NCBI GenBank assembly: GCA_044892525.1
Contig: CM097885.1
Coordinates: 45,324,001 to 45,388,000, forward strand
From: Schmidtea polychroa
Lineage: Eukaryota
DNA: 64,000 nt
Direction of reading: 5' to 3'
The position numbers were made by a program, and so were the translations under genes. Shown piece after piece: positions 30,123 through 43,955 of this stretch. Within the stretch, counting starts at the first letter, position 1. Each line of letters starts with the position of its first letter. The notes beneath the pieces are model-generated. The model had not been told where the DNA came from and did no database searches. It worked only from the letters and a program-made list of their open reading frames with translations.

Positions 30123-31066
30123 CAGTGGCGTAGCATGGACGGGTGATGGGGACGGCTACTCCGGGCTCAAAATAGTGAACAACAAAAAATGTTCAATAGC
30201 CAGACGCCCGTCATAATCATATCTCCACAAACAACAGTATAAAAGAAGCTGCTGTTTCGGAATCTATTGCAATGTGGATTGATTTATGAATAGATATTAA
30301 TTATAATATATATCAATATTAATTTTTAAGCCATGATGACTATATGAGAATTGGGTGCTCAATGCAGGAAGACGAAGGAACAACAAGCTAAATTAGCTGG
30401 AAGTCTAAGCAGGTTTTTAGTAAAAACTACTGAAAGTATAACAGGGTACCAACATGAAGTTCCGCTTCAGCAACACTAACACCTGAGCCTCACGAGTCTG
30501 ATTCAGTTTCTTGAAACATTGATGTTGCTTCAGAAACAGTCGCAACTCTCGCTCATACAAATATTCAGCCAGAGACTGAAGAGAGTTTAATTTTCAGTGA
30601 TATTGGCTACTGGTCTAAAACTGTTGGCGAAAATTTGAAAACTAAACTTGTGTAATATGGAGGTATTGTTTGCAAAAGATAACAAGGTAGGTCATTTTCA
30701 AAGGAATGGTTTTACATGAATTTGGCATGAGATTATTTTTAGGACATGATAAAATGCGCAGTAAAATGGGCTGCATATTGCTTTTCTTGCAGGCTTTTCA
30801 TACAGGGTAATGGAATAAGTTCTATTGGAAAGGCAGCTGGATTTAATGCATGAAGACAGCTAAATTCCAGACTATTAGAGCATGAGCGCAGTTCATATCA
30901 CCTCAGTGCATTTAATATGTAAAAAGGATTTGAAATGCGGCTAAATAAACATGAGTTTATTGATGCTGCTACCCATCTTGCACAATAGAGGTCATTTGAG
31001 AAATGGAAGGCAATTTTAACCAGAATACTTGATTGCATCATGTATCTAACCAGACAAACTTTACCC
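30123..31066 (+). mobile_element. 5' part of a degenerate hAT (TTF zinc-finger/ZMYM1-type)
   Basis: Starts CAGTGGCGTAGC; disrupted FSKEWF, AAYCFSCRLF, LLEHERSSYH, WKAILTRILDCIMYLTRQTLP; truncated by the next Gypsy fragment. Confidence 0.8.
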
Positions 31067-31067
31067 T

Positions 31068-32470
31068 GTTAATCCTTCATCGTCGTTGTTCTCCACTGAC
31101 GCTTCGTTGACAGCCGGTCGTATGTCGGAATAGTGTCGCGGAATCCCGTCGATGTCGAAATTAGTCGATAAATTTACCTTCATTACAATCCCTTCACCAC
31201 ATGTCGATGTACACTTCGCATTTGGTGGTTTAACGTAAACTGCATCACAAACTTGGAATGACGTGTCCTGTCTCTTCTCTTCTGTATAACGAGCGCCAAC
31301 TCCTTTCCATCAATATGAAAACACGGATGAAGACGGCGGCGTTCCGCACTTGTCATTGGGTGCTAGGTTATACCAACATACCATTTCCAATATTTCCTTG
31401 TTGGTTCTTGCTGCCAATTTTAAGACCTCCCAGCATCTCTATTACGTCCATTCCTAAAATCATTTCAACATTAAGTGGTAGCTTCATCAACGAAACACAA
31501 CTAACAATCAACAATCAGCTGAACTTTCACATCACGCATACACTAGTGATCCATTCGCAGTCATGATACTCCCATTCCGTATAAATCGTTTCTTCGCAAT
31601 TCTGGCTGACACAACTGATTTGGAACATCCCTAGTAGATCAATGCTTTTACCGACTCCCCATTGATTATGCCTGAAATAAACTGCAGCGCCATTATATTC
31701 GTGCTAGAGTAGACGGTGGCGCACGCGCTACTCCTTGGCATTTTCCGACCCTGAATTCCCGGTACACTCCTTTGCAATGTGGCCCTCTTCTTCACACTTC
31801 TTTCCTTGTTTCTTGAAACAACGTTCTTCTAGATGGCCATTCTTTACGCAATACGAGCATTTCTTTTGCTTGTCTTGTTTTCCCACGACAGCCGAACACA
31901 GTTCCATACAGTCACAGTTTACTAAAATACGAGACAGTTTCAAGACCACAACAAGAGACATCTGCTGAATATTGGCATTGGATGGTAACTAAGCTAAGTT
32001 TTTGAGATCATTCACTGGCTTATTGCACCACTTTCGTTCACGGAATCGGTCATATGCTTGGAACATATCTATCGAATAGACATTGATTAAGTCATGTTCG
32101 ATCTTCAATGCGTTGCCTTTGTCTTCCGCGCTCAAATGCTGATATACTGCAAAAGCTGGTCCATCTAGATATAAAGGAATTATTGATTACAACTCCACGA
32201 TTTTTTGAATTTTTGCGACTAGCTTCACTTTCTGAATCCACTGTTGAATGTCACCTTCTCCATTGAAAATAGGTATCATCTTGTCCTTGATATCGACGCG
32301 ATAGCTTGTAGTTTTATTTACAAGATGAGAAACACATTTTTTAAATTCTATTTTTATCACAAAAATTGATTTATTGCAATTTTTAGAAAGTAATAATAAT
32401 TTAAAAATAAAAATATAGTAATTATAAAGTAAAAGTATGCTTTATGATATTATTCGAAGAGTCCTCGACA
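31068..32470 (-). mobile_element. Gypsy relic (putative LTR, gag, protease)
   Basis: Minus strand: putative TG...CA LTR 32470-32307 ending AATAAAACTACA; gag IPIFNGEGDIQQWIQKVKLV, IPLYLDGPAFAVY; knuckle CSYCVKNGHLEERC; protease C-terminal ILGMDVI. Confidence 0.8.
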
Positions 32471-33217
32471 TTATATTCAAAACTTCTTTTGGACATCTTT
32501 TTATTTCAAATAATTGTTGTGAATATAATTTTAAACGATGTTTTTCATAGAGTGATTAAAGATATTGAAAGTTTGTACTTTTAAATGTGTTCTATCTGTG
32601 TTTATTTATTTTTCTACAAATTTATTTCTTATAAAATAGAAACATTCGAACTAAATTTGGTGTTATAGCAAAGCTCAAAAATTACGAATAGATTAACCAT
32701 AAATTAAGGTCCTATATAAAATAAATTTATATGGAGAAAATATTTACACATCTACTTGAAATAAGGACAATAAGGTTGGTGTACACCGATTATATATGAC
32801 TCACTATTTGTGATGAAATGGATTTATTTTATTTTAGCCATTTTAGAAATGGCTTTCTAGTAAAATTTTTAATTTAAGTAAATTTTAAGGCTTGGATTTT
32901 GATTTTATATAAATATGAAATCATTATTCAGTGTCTTAAATTTTACTTCAATTATTCAAAATTCATATTATAATTTATTTTTAATTACTTTTCAGCTTTT
33001 TTAGGAAAGAATTTAATGAATTTTGGAATTTTTTCGATATAATGCATGTTAAATATATTTTTTAACTATAATTTACTAAAGAATTTATTAAAGTTTATAT
33101 GATATATAATTTATCAAGCACCTTATTAATGATTGTTCAACATTAAGGCCTTTTTCAGTTAATTATACTTATATTTATTCGTAAAATTAAAAATTTTAAA
33201 TTACAGCTCCATATTAC

Positions 33218-33453
<236 letters not shown>

Positions 33454-34997
33454 TTTTGGAATGTTAAAAATATATTTCTAATTTTTATCCACTTCAAACA
33501 AAGTGTTTCAAGTAAACCTAATAATTATAAGTTGGAGAAGAAATTGAAAATCTTATAATTAAAATATTTATTCTGTTATTTAAAATATAAATTAAAATGT
33601 TATTAAAAGTTACAAATTACAAATTTAAAATAACTACATTTATTATTAATCTTGATTATAAATCCAATTCTTTTTAACTACTTGTATTAAAAGTAGTATA
33701 CGTACTCCACACAAAGTAGTAAGGTATATAAAAAAGAGAAATAATAATAATATAAAATGATTGTTTCTTGATAACTGCAGAAATTAAATGTTAAACAATT
33801 AATAAATGATATCATTAAAATTCTGTTTTTGTATTTATTTTAATTTTGACAAAAGATAAAATATTTTTTTCCTTATTATTTATTCAACACAAATTTTCGA
33901 GTTTATTTTATAGCAATTTTAGAAATTAAAATTCAATATTCTAATTTTCAATTAAATTTTTTATTTTTTATAATTCATTTCTACTTTTTATTAATATTAA
34001 TTTTTACAATTCTATAAGAAATACACGAATTGTGAAATATTCTAATAATACTCCACCAAAGAAATAAAATATTTCAATTAAGTTATCAAACAATCAGATT
34101 TTCATTTTCACTGGTTTATTCTTTAGTTCTGACTTCCAGCTGTTCGTCCTTAATGATAATTATTGAACAAGTTTCAGGTGTTACTTAATTATTCGGTAAA
34201 AAGTTATGAGTGTGCTTTAAACGTATATTTCTTTCCATATATCTCACGTGATGCCATATTTTGCAGATAGCATCTTTTTTCTTGCTTTCGATTTAAACTT
34301 TTCTCAATGTCCAAAATTTGTGTCCTATACAAATTGAAAATAAAAACATTTCTAGTAATTCTTGGCACTTCTGGATTGTAATTCATTCTTTTAATATCAG
34401 TGTTGCGCTATAAGTCTAAATACTTAGAAATTAGAAATACAAAGAATTTCTTGCAATATAACTGTTGATATTCGTGAGAACCCCTCTTTAAACCTTACGA
34501 AACTTGGAAATTTTGCAGTTGTCAGTTTGGGAACTTATCAATTTTAATATTATATTGAAATTTAAAATTAATAAAATAATAATTCAATTAGTGTTAGGAA
34601 CAATAAAAATTCATAATTCATTATTATAGATGGATAATTTAACAGGAATTTGTAACAATTAAGCATTATTTATAGAATACTGTAAGAGAATTTCATACAT
34701 TAATGACTTTTAATGATATCTCTATTGTATTATCCCATGCGTTATTTTATTCCTCAATTGTGTCTCATTTAAAAATATAATGAGAGAACAATAGTTTTAT
34801 GATGCATGGTTACAATTTTTAGAGAATAAAGGAATGCATAAAATGAAACCGATATACTGTCACAATTTGCAGCCCACTAATTCATTTCTTTAAAATAATT
34901 ATTTAAATTTTGATAATTAGTGGAAATTATGACACAGACAATAATTAATATCCTAATTTTGAGTGTTTAAAATAATTATTACAAAAATACTTTCAAC

Positions 34998-35089
<92 letters not shown>

Positions 35090-35090
35090 T

Positions 35091-38000
35091 AAACAGAAAG
35101 ATTCTAAAAGTTTTAATTATAAATTTCTTGAAATTTTAAAAATATTTTTATCAAAATATATTTTAAAAGGAAAATTGAAATTTGTTTAAATAACAAACAA
35201 ATAGAAGACAGATAATCTTTGAGTGCATAATTTCTTTATTAAAATTTATGGAATTATTTAGTAATTTACCAACCGATGTTAATCTTTTAACTGATTAAAA
35301 TCCTAATATAGTGGTAACGGTAAACAACGACGCGATCACCAAAATATTGTTGCCAAAAGTGTTTCGTCAAGGTGATGACTTGGAGAATTTAATTAGAAGA
35401 TTTGATATTTATTTCGATGCTAAGGACATCACGCATAAAAAAACAGGAAAGATTTACATCATGTATGATCGACGAGGATCTATTGGAGAACTATGCAAAA
35501 ACACTTAGAAAAGCAGAAGGATTTCAAGCTAGGTTGAGAATAAAGAAGTTGAGAAAGAAGTAATATTGCGGAAGATCAAAAGCACAGAGGAGATAAAGGA
35601 AACACTAATTCTGGTGGATAAAGTGGAGAAACCGAGAGATCAAATAAACCTTATGAAAAGTTACGCAAGAGTTGTCTATCAGGAGCCACAGAGAAGAGGA
35701 CAGTACAAGTAGAAAGATGAAAAAGAAGAAGGCAGGCGGCAAGAAGAAACAGTGATGACTATACCACAAAATAGGCTACACTAAAATAGATTGTTCAGTA
35801 AGAGGTAAGATAGAGTGCTGAACGTGTCACAGGAGTGGACATATACGTAGGAATTATCTAGATAAAAAGACGCCAAGATGTTTTGGTTGTGGGAAAGAAG
35901 GCCATATAGAAGGTTTTGTCAATGTGAGGTGTTTTCAGCTGAGAATAAAATATTTCAACAATTTATTAAGATAATTTTAAATGATAAATAATTGACTATT
36001 TAAAATAACTTTTAAGAACATTTTTAAATTGAATTTTTTAAATTGAAAAATTAAAAACATTAAACAAGCTTTTTTATTAGTAAATCATTTTTAAATAAAT
36101 ATATTTTAAATATCGAAATTTTAGTACAGGGTTATTCATTTTTATATTTACATCAATTCATTTTTATATCGACATTTATTAATTTTCATATCAGCATAAA
36201 TAAATTTATTAACAATAAAAAATATTTTATGATACTTTTAATTCTAAAACGTCCCACAAGTTTCAAACATTTAAATAGAGTTTAGCACGATAAAACACTT
36301 AATTTAAATCAGCAAACTCAAAATCTTTACATTCAAAACAGCAAATATATTAAATAAATTACTGTTTTTGACTAGCTAGCTTCAACCATCTTTTCATGTT
36401 ACGAAAAAATCCTACACATTCCAAAGAAACCCCATTTTCTTATTGCATAACATCATTAATCAATTGGCTAACACTCGCATCAGGATTTAGCAATATTAAG
36501 CTTCTAAACGTAGCATTCATAGACGAACCAAGTGATGAAAGAATAGAAGATAAATATAGAGAATACCCAAATATTAACACCTCGATAGAAGAGGAGATAG
36601 TCGGGGCAGTGTATTAACACTAAACCTACCGACAAATGACCGCTTTTGAAATAAACATGATAGTCTTTTCCAGTTGATTAATAGAGAATTTAATATAAAC
36701 AATAAACACAAAATAGTTATCATATAATAATTAAAAAACATTTAATTTTCGGGCTTTAGGAGTACATTTTTAGAAAGAAGGCTCGAAACTGAAAAATTAT
36801 ATGTTACCTCAGTAATTTACATACATATCCTTATTCAAACTAAAATAAAATTTATTCGTTGTCGCACTTTTTACAGATGGAGGGTCTCTCCCGTAAACAT
36901 TTTCCACTAACCTATTTTTACATGTAGAACAAATGTTTATGGTTTTATTTTTTTTGCAATATCCAATTTGACACGTTTTTTGTCTTTCAGAAATTGTAGT
37001 GGAATCTGCTGAAGTTGTCGCCATACTTTCCATTTTTTCTTGTTCATGTATATCGCGGTATTCGGTGGCAAGTTCCTCTGCCAACTAAAATAAAACTTCT
37101 TGTCGCGATATCCTTTCTCCAGTTGTTTACTTATATAAAATCCAAGCATTTATAGCAGCTAAATCCAGAATGTTGAAAAATACCTTGACAGGCCTCTATT
37201 AGATTTAGATTTTGTGCTGTACTTTATAGCCATTTGATCCGTCATATCAACGTCAAATTATAAAACTATTATAAAAACCTATTATAAAAAGCAATGGTTG
37301 CAGGTATACATTTACCTGTTTCTTCAATTTTTACATATTTATGCTTCGAACTTAGTAAGAGAACGTTTTTGTTCGGTTTGCTTTTGTAAATTGTTAGAGT
37401 ACAATTATATGATTTGTAAAGCTGCGTTGAAAAACTTGCCATTTTGTCTTTCCTTTCTTTTGCAGGTTTGGGTAATTCCCTCCTATTCGCTCGAATAGTT
37501 CTTACTAAGGTAGTTCTTTATGATAAAAGTTTTGTTGCTAAAGATGTGCTCGTAAAAATATTATCGGTGGTTATATTTCGTACGCACCCTATAAATGGTT
37601 CAGTAAGTTTGAGAACAACAAATTCACTAAGTGGTATTGCTGATGGCCACGTCTCATCTTTTCCCAAATACGGAAATCCATTCACAATATATTTACTTTC
37701 AATGTCCGATGCCAACCAGAACTTGATTCCGAACTTATCGGGTTTATTTGGCATATATTGTGTAAATCGGCATCTTGATTTTGTCGCAAATAGCTGTTCA
37801 TCAACAGTAATATTTGCACCTGGTTTGTAGCAGTTTTGACTATTTTCTATAAATGCGTTCCATACATTGGAGATGAGAGCAAATTTGTCAGTCTGCAGGC
37901 GCTGGCTCCGCTCGCTTCTTCTATCAAAACGAATAAATCGCATAATTTCTGTGAAACGATTTCTGTTCATTGTTCGTGAAAAAAATGCAGGAACCCATTT

Positions 38001-41000
38001 CTTATTCCATAAATATGAAACGTTCAAGTTTCTTGTTTCATATGCACCACGTGCATATAAAATTGCTATGAAAGCATCTAACTCTTCTAAAGTTATACTC
38101 CATTCGGATCCTAAAACTTGACGTGCTTCTGATTCTGTTCACATTTTTATATGATTCATAATTCCCTGGTCAATTGTCAACGAAAATGCACTCCTTACTT
38201 TGCCCTTCATAATGTTGCGTTTCGCATATCCCGTTGGCCCTGATATTTCTCTGAAAATTGTATGAAGCGGAGATCTTCCAGGTCCAGAACTTTGGTGAAT
38301 ATTTTGTCAAACAGTTCCATCAACTGAAGTTTCAATATTCTGATCGTTGTCTTCACATTCATCTTAGGAACTGGAGAACAATCTCATTTTTTTCGTCCCC
38401 TACGCGTGTTCACAATGTTGTCTTCCTCATTATCCGTATCGAATAGCTCAGACTCAGTGTCTAATGGATCATATATACTATTTTCACTCCCAGAATTTTC
38501 TTCTTCGTCTACTTTAGAGCATAATTCGCTTATATTATTTATTTCTTCCATCAATTTCCTTTGCATTGACATTTTAGAGCTAAATTTTTGAATTTGTATT
38601 TGAATAATAATAAAATGCAGACTTACTATCTTTATTTGTTTATTACCCAAAATTTGTAGCCTATTTTATTATTACAAATAGAACTAACCACGTCGCAAAT
38701 ATTTGTAATGCCGCGTACAAAGCCAGTAATCTAATTTGAATGATCGCTATTTTGCCTCACCTCGTGAGTTACCAGCGGACGCTCTATACCCAGCATAAAA
38801 CAAACTGTAAGCACATTGCGTTTTCCTAGACCTCGTGAGTTACCAGCAGTGAGATTTCAATGCAGATAATTTCATAAAATTTCATATATATTCTAGCGGT
38901 CAAAAGACCGCTCAGAGTAGACAACGGTAGATTACATATTATTATCTGAGAAATATATTATTATTAATATATTGAAAAATTAAACAGCTATATATTATAG
39001 AAAAAGTAAGTTCAAGAAAAATAAAAACCTGGAATTTAACAATTTCGATTAAAGTCTCAAAAGCGGTCATTTGACCGCTCTGATAGGTTTAGTGTTAAAC
39101 AGCGATTAATTATTATAATAAAAGTAAAATATTGTTTATTATAGAAAAAGACGTGAAAGATACAGAGGTAATGGAAGAAGAAAATAATGTAAAAAGGAAA
39201 GTAAACAGATTCATAAAAAAGGATTTTACAGAAAGAGAAAGAAAAGTGTATCTATTAGAATACAAGATCAGAAGATGGAATGCTTGCTCGATACAGGAGC
39301 TATAGTAAATGTCATGGGTTGGATCAAATTTGAGAAAGTTAAAGATGAAAAACTAACAACAAAGACTGATACATTGAGATGTGCAAATAATAGTGTTTTA
39401 GAAACGAAAGGTAAAGCAATATTAGAAATAGTAATAAATGGCAGGAAAAAAAGGGTAAAATTTACGATAGTACGATATATGACTCCAGAGGTAATTGGTG
39501 GTATAGAGTTGCAAAGACAATTTGGTATACAACTAAAGTTGTCAGTAGAAGAGGACATATGCAGTATCGAAGCCAAATTTGGGAAGATGATAACGGAGAT
39601 GGAACAATTTCAAAGAGCAATGAAGAAATAAAAAGAATAAAAAGAATAAAAACGATGGGAAAAGCTGAAGATTATAAGTGGCAAAAAGATAATACAGAAG
39701 TAAAACAAATAAAAAAGAAAATAGCACATGGTTCAAGTTGGAAATTTATACTGGTAGACAACGTGGTGAAAACTATAGAGGGTAATATATGGACACCTGG
39801 AGAGAAAAGACAAGAAATGATAAAGAGTATGCATATTTTGCTATCACACGCGAGAGAAGAAAATGTGACAAAATATGAAGCGGACAATTACGATATGGGA
39901 GACATAAAGGAGTCAGTAAAAGAAACAATTGGACAATGCGAGGCATGTCAAAGAACGAAAATTGTTACAACAAAGATGAAGGAAGAGACAATAAAACTGA
40001 CAGCAGAGGAGCGGTGGGAGAAAATGTACATAGATATATGTGGCCCATTACAGGGAACATTCAGAAAGAAAAGATATATAGTCGAAAAAATTGATCAATT
40101 TAGCAGATATATCTCTCGAACTGCTGTCGCTAAACAGGATGAGGAAACGTTGAAGGAAACAATACTACAAAAATGATTCTCAGATTTGGAGCACCAAAGA
40201 AAATTCACACAGATTGTGGAAAAATATTTGAATCTAAGACAATGAAAGATTTTACAAAATCAATGGGAATTACACTATGCTTTTAAACTCCATGCCACCA
40301 TAATACAAATGGTGTGATAGAACGTCAATTCGGGACAATAAGAGACTATGTAAAAGAGACTATATAAAAAAGTTGATCTGAGTATGGAAAAAAGAGAAAA
40401 AATATATAGGTTATGCTTTGATTTCAGAAAGCTGAACGCAGTAACAGATAGGCAGGTATTCCCAATGTTGGATTTGTTAGGATGGTCCGTCTTTTTAGCC
40501 TAATCGACCTTGGTAATCCATATTACCAAGTGGAGTTAGACAAAGAAGCGCGAGACAAAACAGCCTTCTCAACAAAGAAATGGCAATCCTGTTTCATTAG
40601 AATGCCGTTCGGAATTGCAGCAGCACCAGGTACGTTCCAGGAAATGATGACAAAGGTAATAGGCAAAATAAATGGGGCAATGGTGTATTTAGATGACATT
40701 CTGATTTATTAAAAGCGATCGACGAAGCAGGACTAAATATTAACCCAGAAAAGTGTCAAATAATACAGGAAGAAATCAGATTCTTACGACACATTCACGC
40801 TAACGACAGACCACAAGGCGATCACGTTAGTGATGACAACCAAGAAGCCAATTACTTCACAATTCCAAATCTAGATAAATTATTTGAGCAATTTGGATGT
40901 AATCTTTTACTTTCTTCTTTGATTATTTCAAATTCTATTCTATGGCCTATTTCAAAACTTCCTTCTACAGTATATTTTCAATCTTTCTCCAGTTTTTGAG

Positions 41001-41631
41001 TTTCTTTAATTTATTTTAGTTTTGTTAATTGATTTTTTATTGATTTTTTAACTTTTCAATTCTTTGTAATATTATTTCCAAATGTTAATTACATAAAAAT
41101 GATAAAAATACACATGCAGTACAGCAACCAAACAAAAAACGACAGGAAAAAGCCCGTCAGAGAAAAAAGATTAGGAGGGAAAAATGGTACGTGTCAAAAG
41201 AAAAACAGATAAAGGAAGAACAAACAAGAATGGGATTCAACGTAGGAGAAGATGTGTTAGTAAAATTATAAATTAAAAGCCAGGACAGATATGAGGATCC
41301 ATATAAAGTGATGGAGAAAGTGCATGACAGACGATATATCTTTAGAAACGAGAATGGTAAAAAGATCGAAAGAAACGTGGAAAAACTTAAATAATTCTTA
41401 AGAAGGGAGAAATGAGGAAGCTGAAATATTCTAAAAGTTTTAATTAGAAATTTTTGGAAATTTTAAAAAAATTTTTATCGAAATATATTTTAAAAGGAAG
41501 ATTGAAATTTGTTTAAATAACAAATAGAAGACAGATAGTCTTGGAGTGGATAATTTCTTAAATAAAATTTATGGAATTATTTAGTAATTTACCAACCGAT
41601 GTTAATCTTTTAACTGATGAGAATCCTTATA
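35091..41631 (+). mobile_element. Second Gypsy element, degenerate and rearranged, inserted in (TAA)n and carrying a piggyBac
   Basis: ~220-bp LTRs at ~35091-35308 and 41413-41631; PPT AAGAAGGGAGAAA; gag LLPKVFRQGDD and knuckle CFGCGKEGH; protease LLDTGA; integrase HILLSH..CEAC and IDICGP; RT FDFRKLN, KTAFST, MPFG, YLDD; RNase H TDHKAI. Confidence 0.9.
36618..39094 (-). mobile_element. piggyBac transposon (2477 bp, PGBD4-like transposase pseudogene)
   Basis: TTAA TSDs at 36614-17 and 39095-98; TIRs CACTAAACCTA; subterminal GCGGTC/GACCGC repeats; motifs MNRNRF, ITVDEQL, QYMPNKPDKFGIK, NITTDNIFTS and C-terminal CQIGYC..CSTC; frameshifts. Confidence 0.96.
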
Positions 41632-41633
41632 AT

Positions 41634-41634
<1 letters not shown>

Positions 41635-41715
<81 letters not shown>

Positions 41716-41770
41716 TAAAATGATGATTGCTTGGTAGCAGCATTTATTATTTAAAACAATAATAATAATG

Positions 41771-41841
<71 letters not shown>
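41635..41841. repeat. (TAA)n tract containing a 45-nt module identical to 15052-15096
   Basis: AAATGATGATTGCTTGGTAGCAGCATTTATTATTTAAAACAATAA at 41718-41762. Confidence 0.9.
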
Positions 41842-41843
<2 letters not shown>

Positions 41844-42230
41844 ATCTATAAATAAGATCTAAATATAAAGATAATACAAACATGACTTATAAATGAAAAG
41901 AATAGCGAAATTACGACATAAAATTAATTTATTACTATCCTAATAAAATGTGTCATATTTTCACACGAACAAATAATATTTTGTTTCATTAATGTCGTTT
42001 CTCTTATTATGAGAAAATATTAATCAGAATCAACTACTTAGAATCTAAAAATTATGAAAAAAACTTGATAAGTGGGATTATAAAAATTATTTATTATTAT
42101 AAATAATTCTTTTCCTGCTTCATATAATTTCACTGATCTAGAATTTAATAGTATTTGAAACATTCTGTCATAATTATATTTTGTCATAAATTAAATATTT
42201 GGTTATAAAATTAATTTTTAAAGTTTTTAT

Positions 42231-43195
42231 CAGGTTTTGTCCAACCTATTTTTAGCAAAGGCGCATCTGGTAAAATTAAAATATTTTACGGCAAATACCA
42301 CTTTTTTAAAAATTACTGCATTTTTTTATTTTTTATTGAAATGCTTCAATGTATTCCTGAAAATAATAACAAGCAAAAGTAATATTAAGTTTAAGAAAGT
42401 TAATATTAAAATATTTAATGTGAAGATTGAGCTTGATGGTTTGAAGAAATAATTTCCAACCGAGTTTGAATCTTCGACAAACAAACTCTTAATTCCTTGT
42501 CAATATTAGGCATGCCCTCTCACTTCTTCGATTTGATTGTTGTTAGAGCAGAAAATCCTAGTTCACAAAAATATGAAGAACCAAATGGAAGCAAATCTGG
42601 ATATGTATCAAAAACAAAAATCCTGAAATGTGATAGTTCTTTCTCGGTAAATAATGTCTTCAAATTAATATCGTTTTTAATATTGATAAGATTTTCCAAT
42701 TCAGTGCCCGTCAAATTTGTTTCAGATGTTTCAACAAATGGATTAATTACCCCAAAGAAAAGATTTTGGAAATATTACCTGAAGGCCGTTGCAAGATTTT
42801 CTTGTGAGGCAATGACGTCAGATATGATGCAAATGTTTCTTTTGACTAATTCGGACCAGAGAAGCGATCAAACTGCTTGTTAACTGTTTCGCAATCCAAA
42901 GTTTAAGTTTTTCTTGAAATGATTTTAATTTGCAAGAAATTGTCAAAATATGTTCACTTAATTCTTGAACACTGACATTGAGTATATTCAACTTTCCACA
43001 AACGTCATTCAAAAAAAATACTACTCACCACCATAAATCTTTCTTTAGAAGTTCATATGTTGTTTTATAAGAGCTAGAGAAAGTTAAAATTTCCTCTTTC
43101 AACGTGACGAATCTTGGAAGAACTTTTCCCTTAGATAGCCAAAGAACTTTCGTTTGATAAATAAGGCATTTAAAGCCCATTGAATCATACAATCT
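42231..43195 (-). mobile_element. 3' portion of a Charlie/Buster-type hAT (dimerisation domain)
   Basis: Terminus CAGGTTTTGTCCAACC at 42231; minus-strand YQTKVLWLSKGKVLPRF, LNILNVSVQ, PFGSSYFCELGFSALTTIKSK. Confidence 0.85.
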
Positions 43196-43775
43196 TTTTT
43201 GGTTTCTTTAAACTTCCTGCGTTTTCATCTGTTCTGGCTTAAACCAGTTCGCTTTCAGCTAGTGACACCTGACTTTAAGCCGTTCATTGCGTGGCTAGCA
43301 CAGGTCCTTCTCTCTCACAAACCTAAAGATCCCTGCTAGGAAATTTTCTATCGCTGTGTCAACACAAATAAATAATTATCATAAATTCCTGCTTAAATAT
43401 ATTAAAAATTTAATAAAATTTATAAACTTTCACTAATGATTCTACTTACAGGTTTCCCCAATTTTCCCCTTAAGTATTGGATCAAATTTCTCCCAGCATT
43501 CATTCTCGTCTCTCATTTCCAAAAACTATTTTATTCGAATCATCCTCTGCTCTTATCAGCCATTCATAATCCATGTCTCATCAAAATCATGTACATAAAT
43601 TCAATCAGTAAAGACACAAAACTTTTTTTCATAATACAATAATATAAACGAAATTCTAAAAAGCGAAATAAGTGTTATAAATCCATGTTGGTGCGTTTAT
43701 GAGTCGAAACTTTTTAATTTGTATTAAATATATTATTCGCAGCAAAAGGCTTAAATTATCATTTAATTGTTTAAA

Positions 43776-43955
<180 letters not shown>

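Noticed and set aside
39275..40880. Gmr1-like (integrase before RT) Gypsy domain order
   Set aside because: The integrase C-terminus and GPY/F-like module lie after RT/RNase H, so the integrase is split; rearrangement is the simpler explanation.
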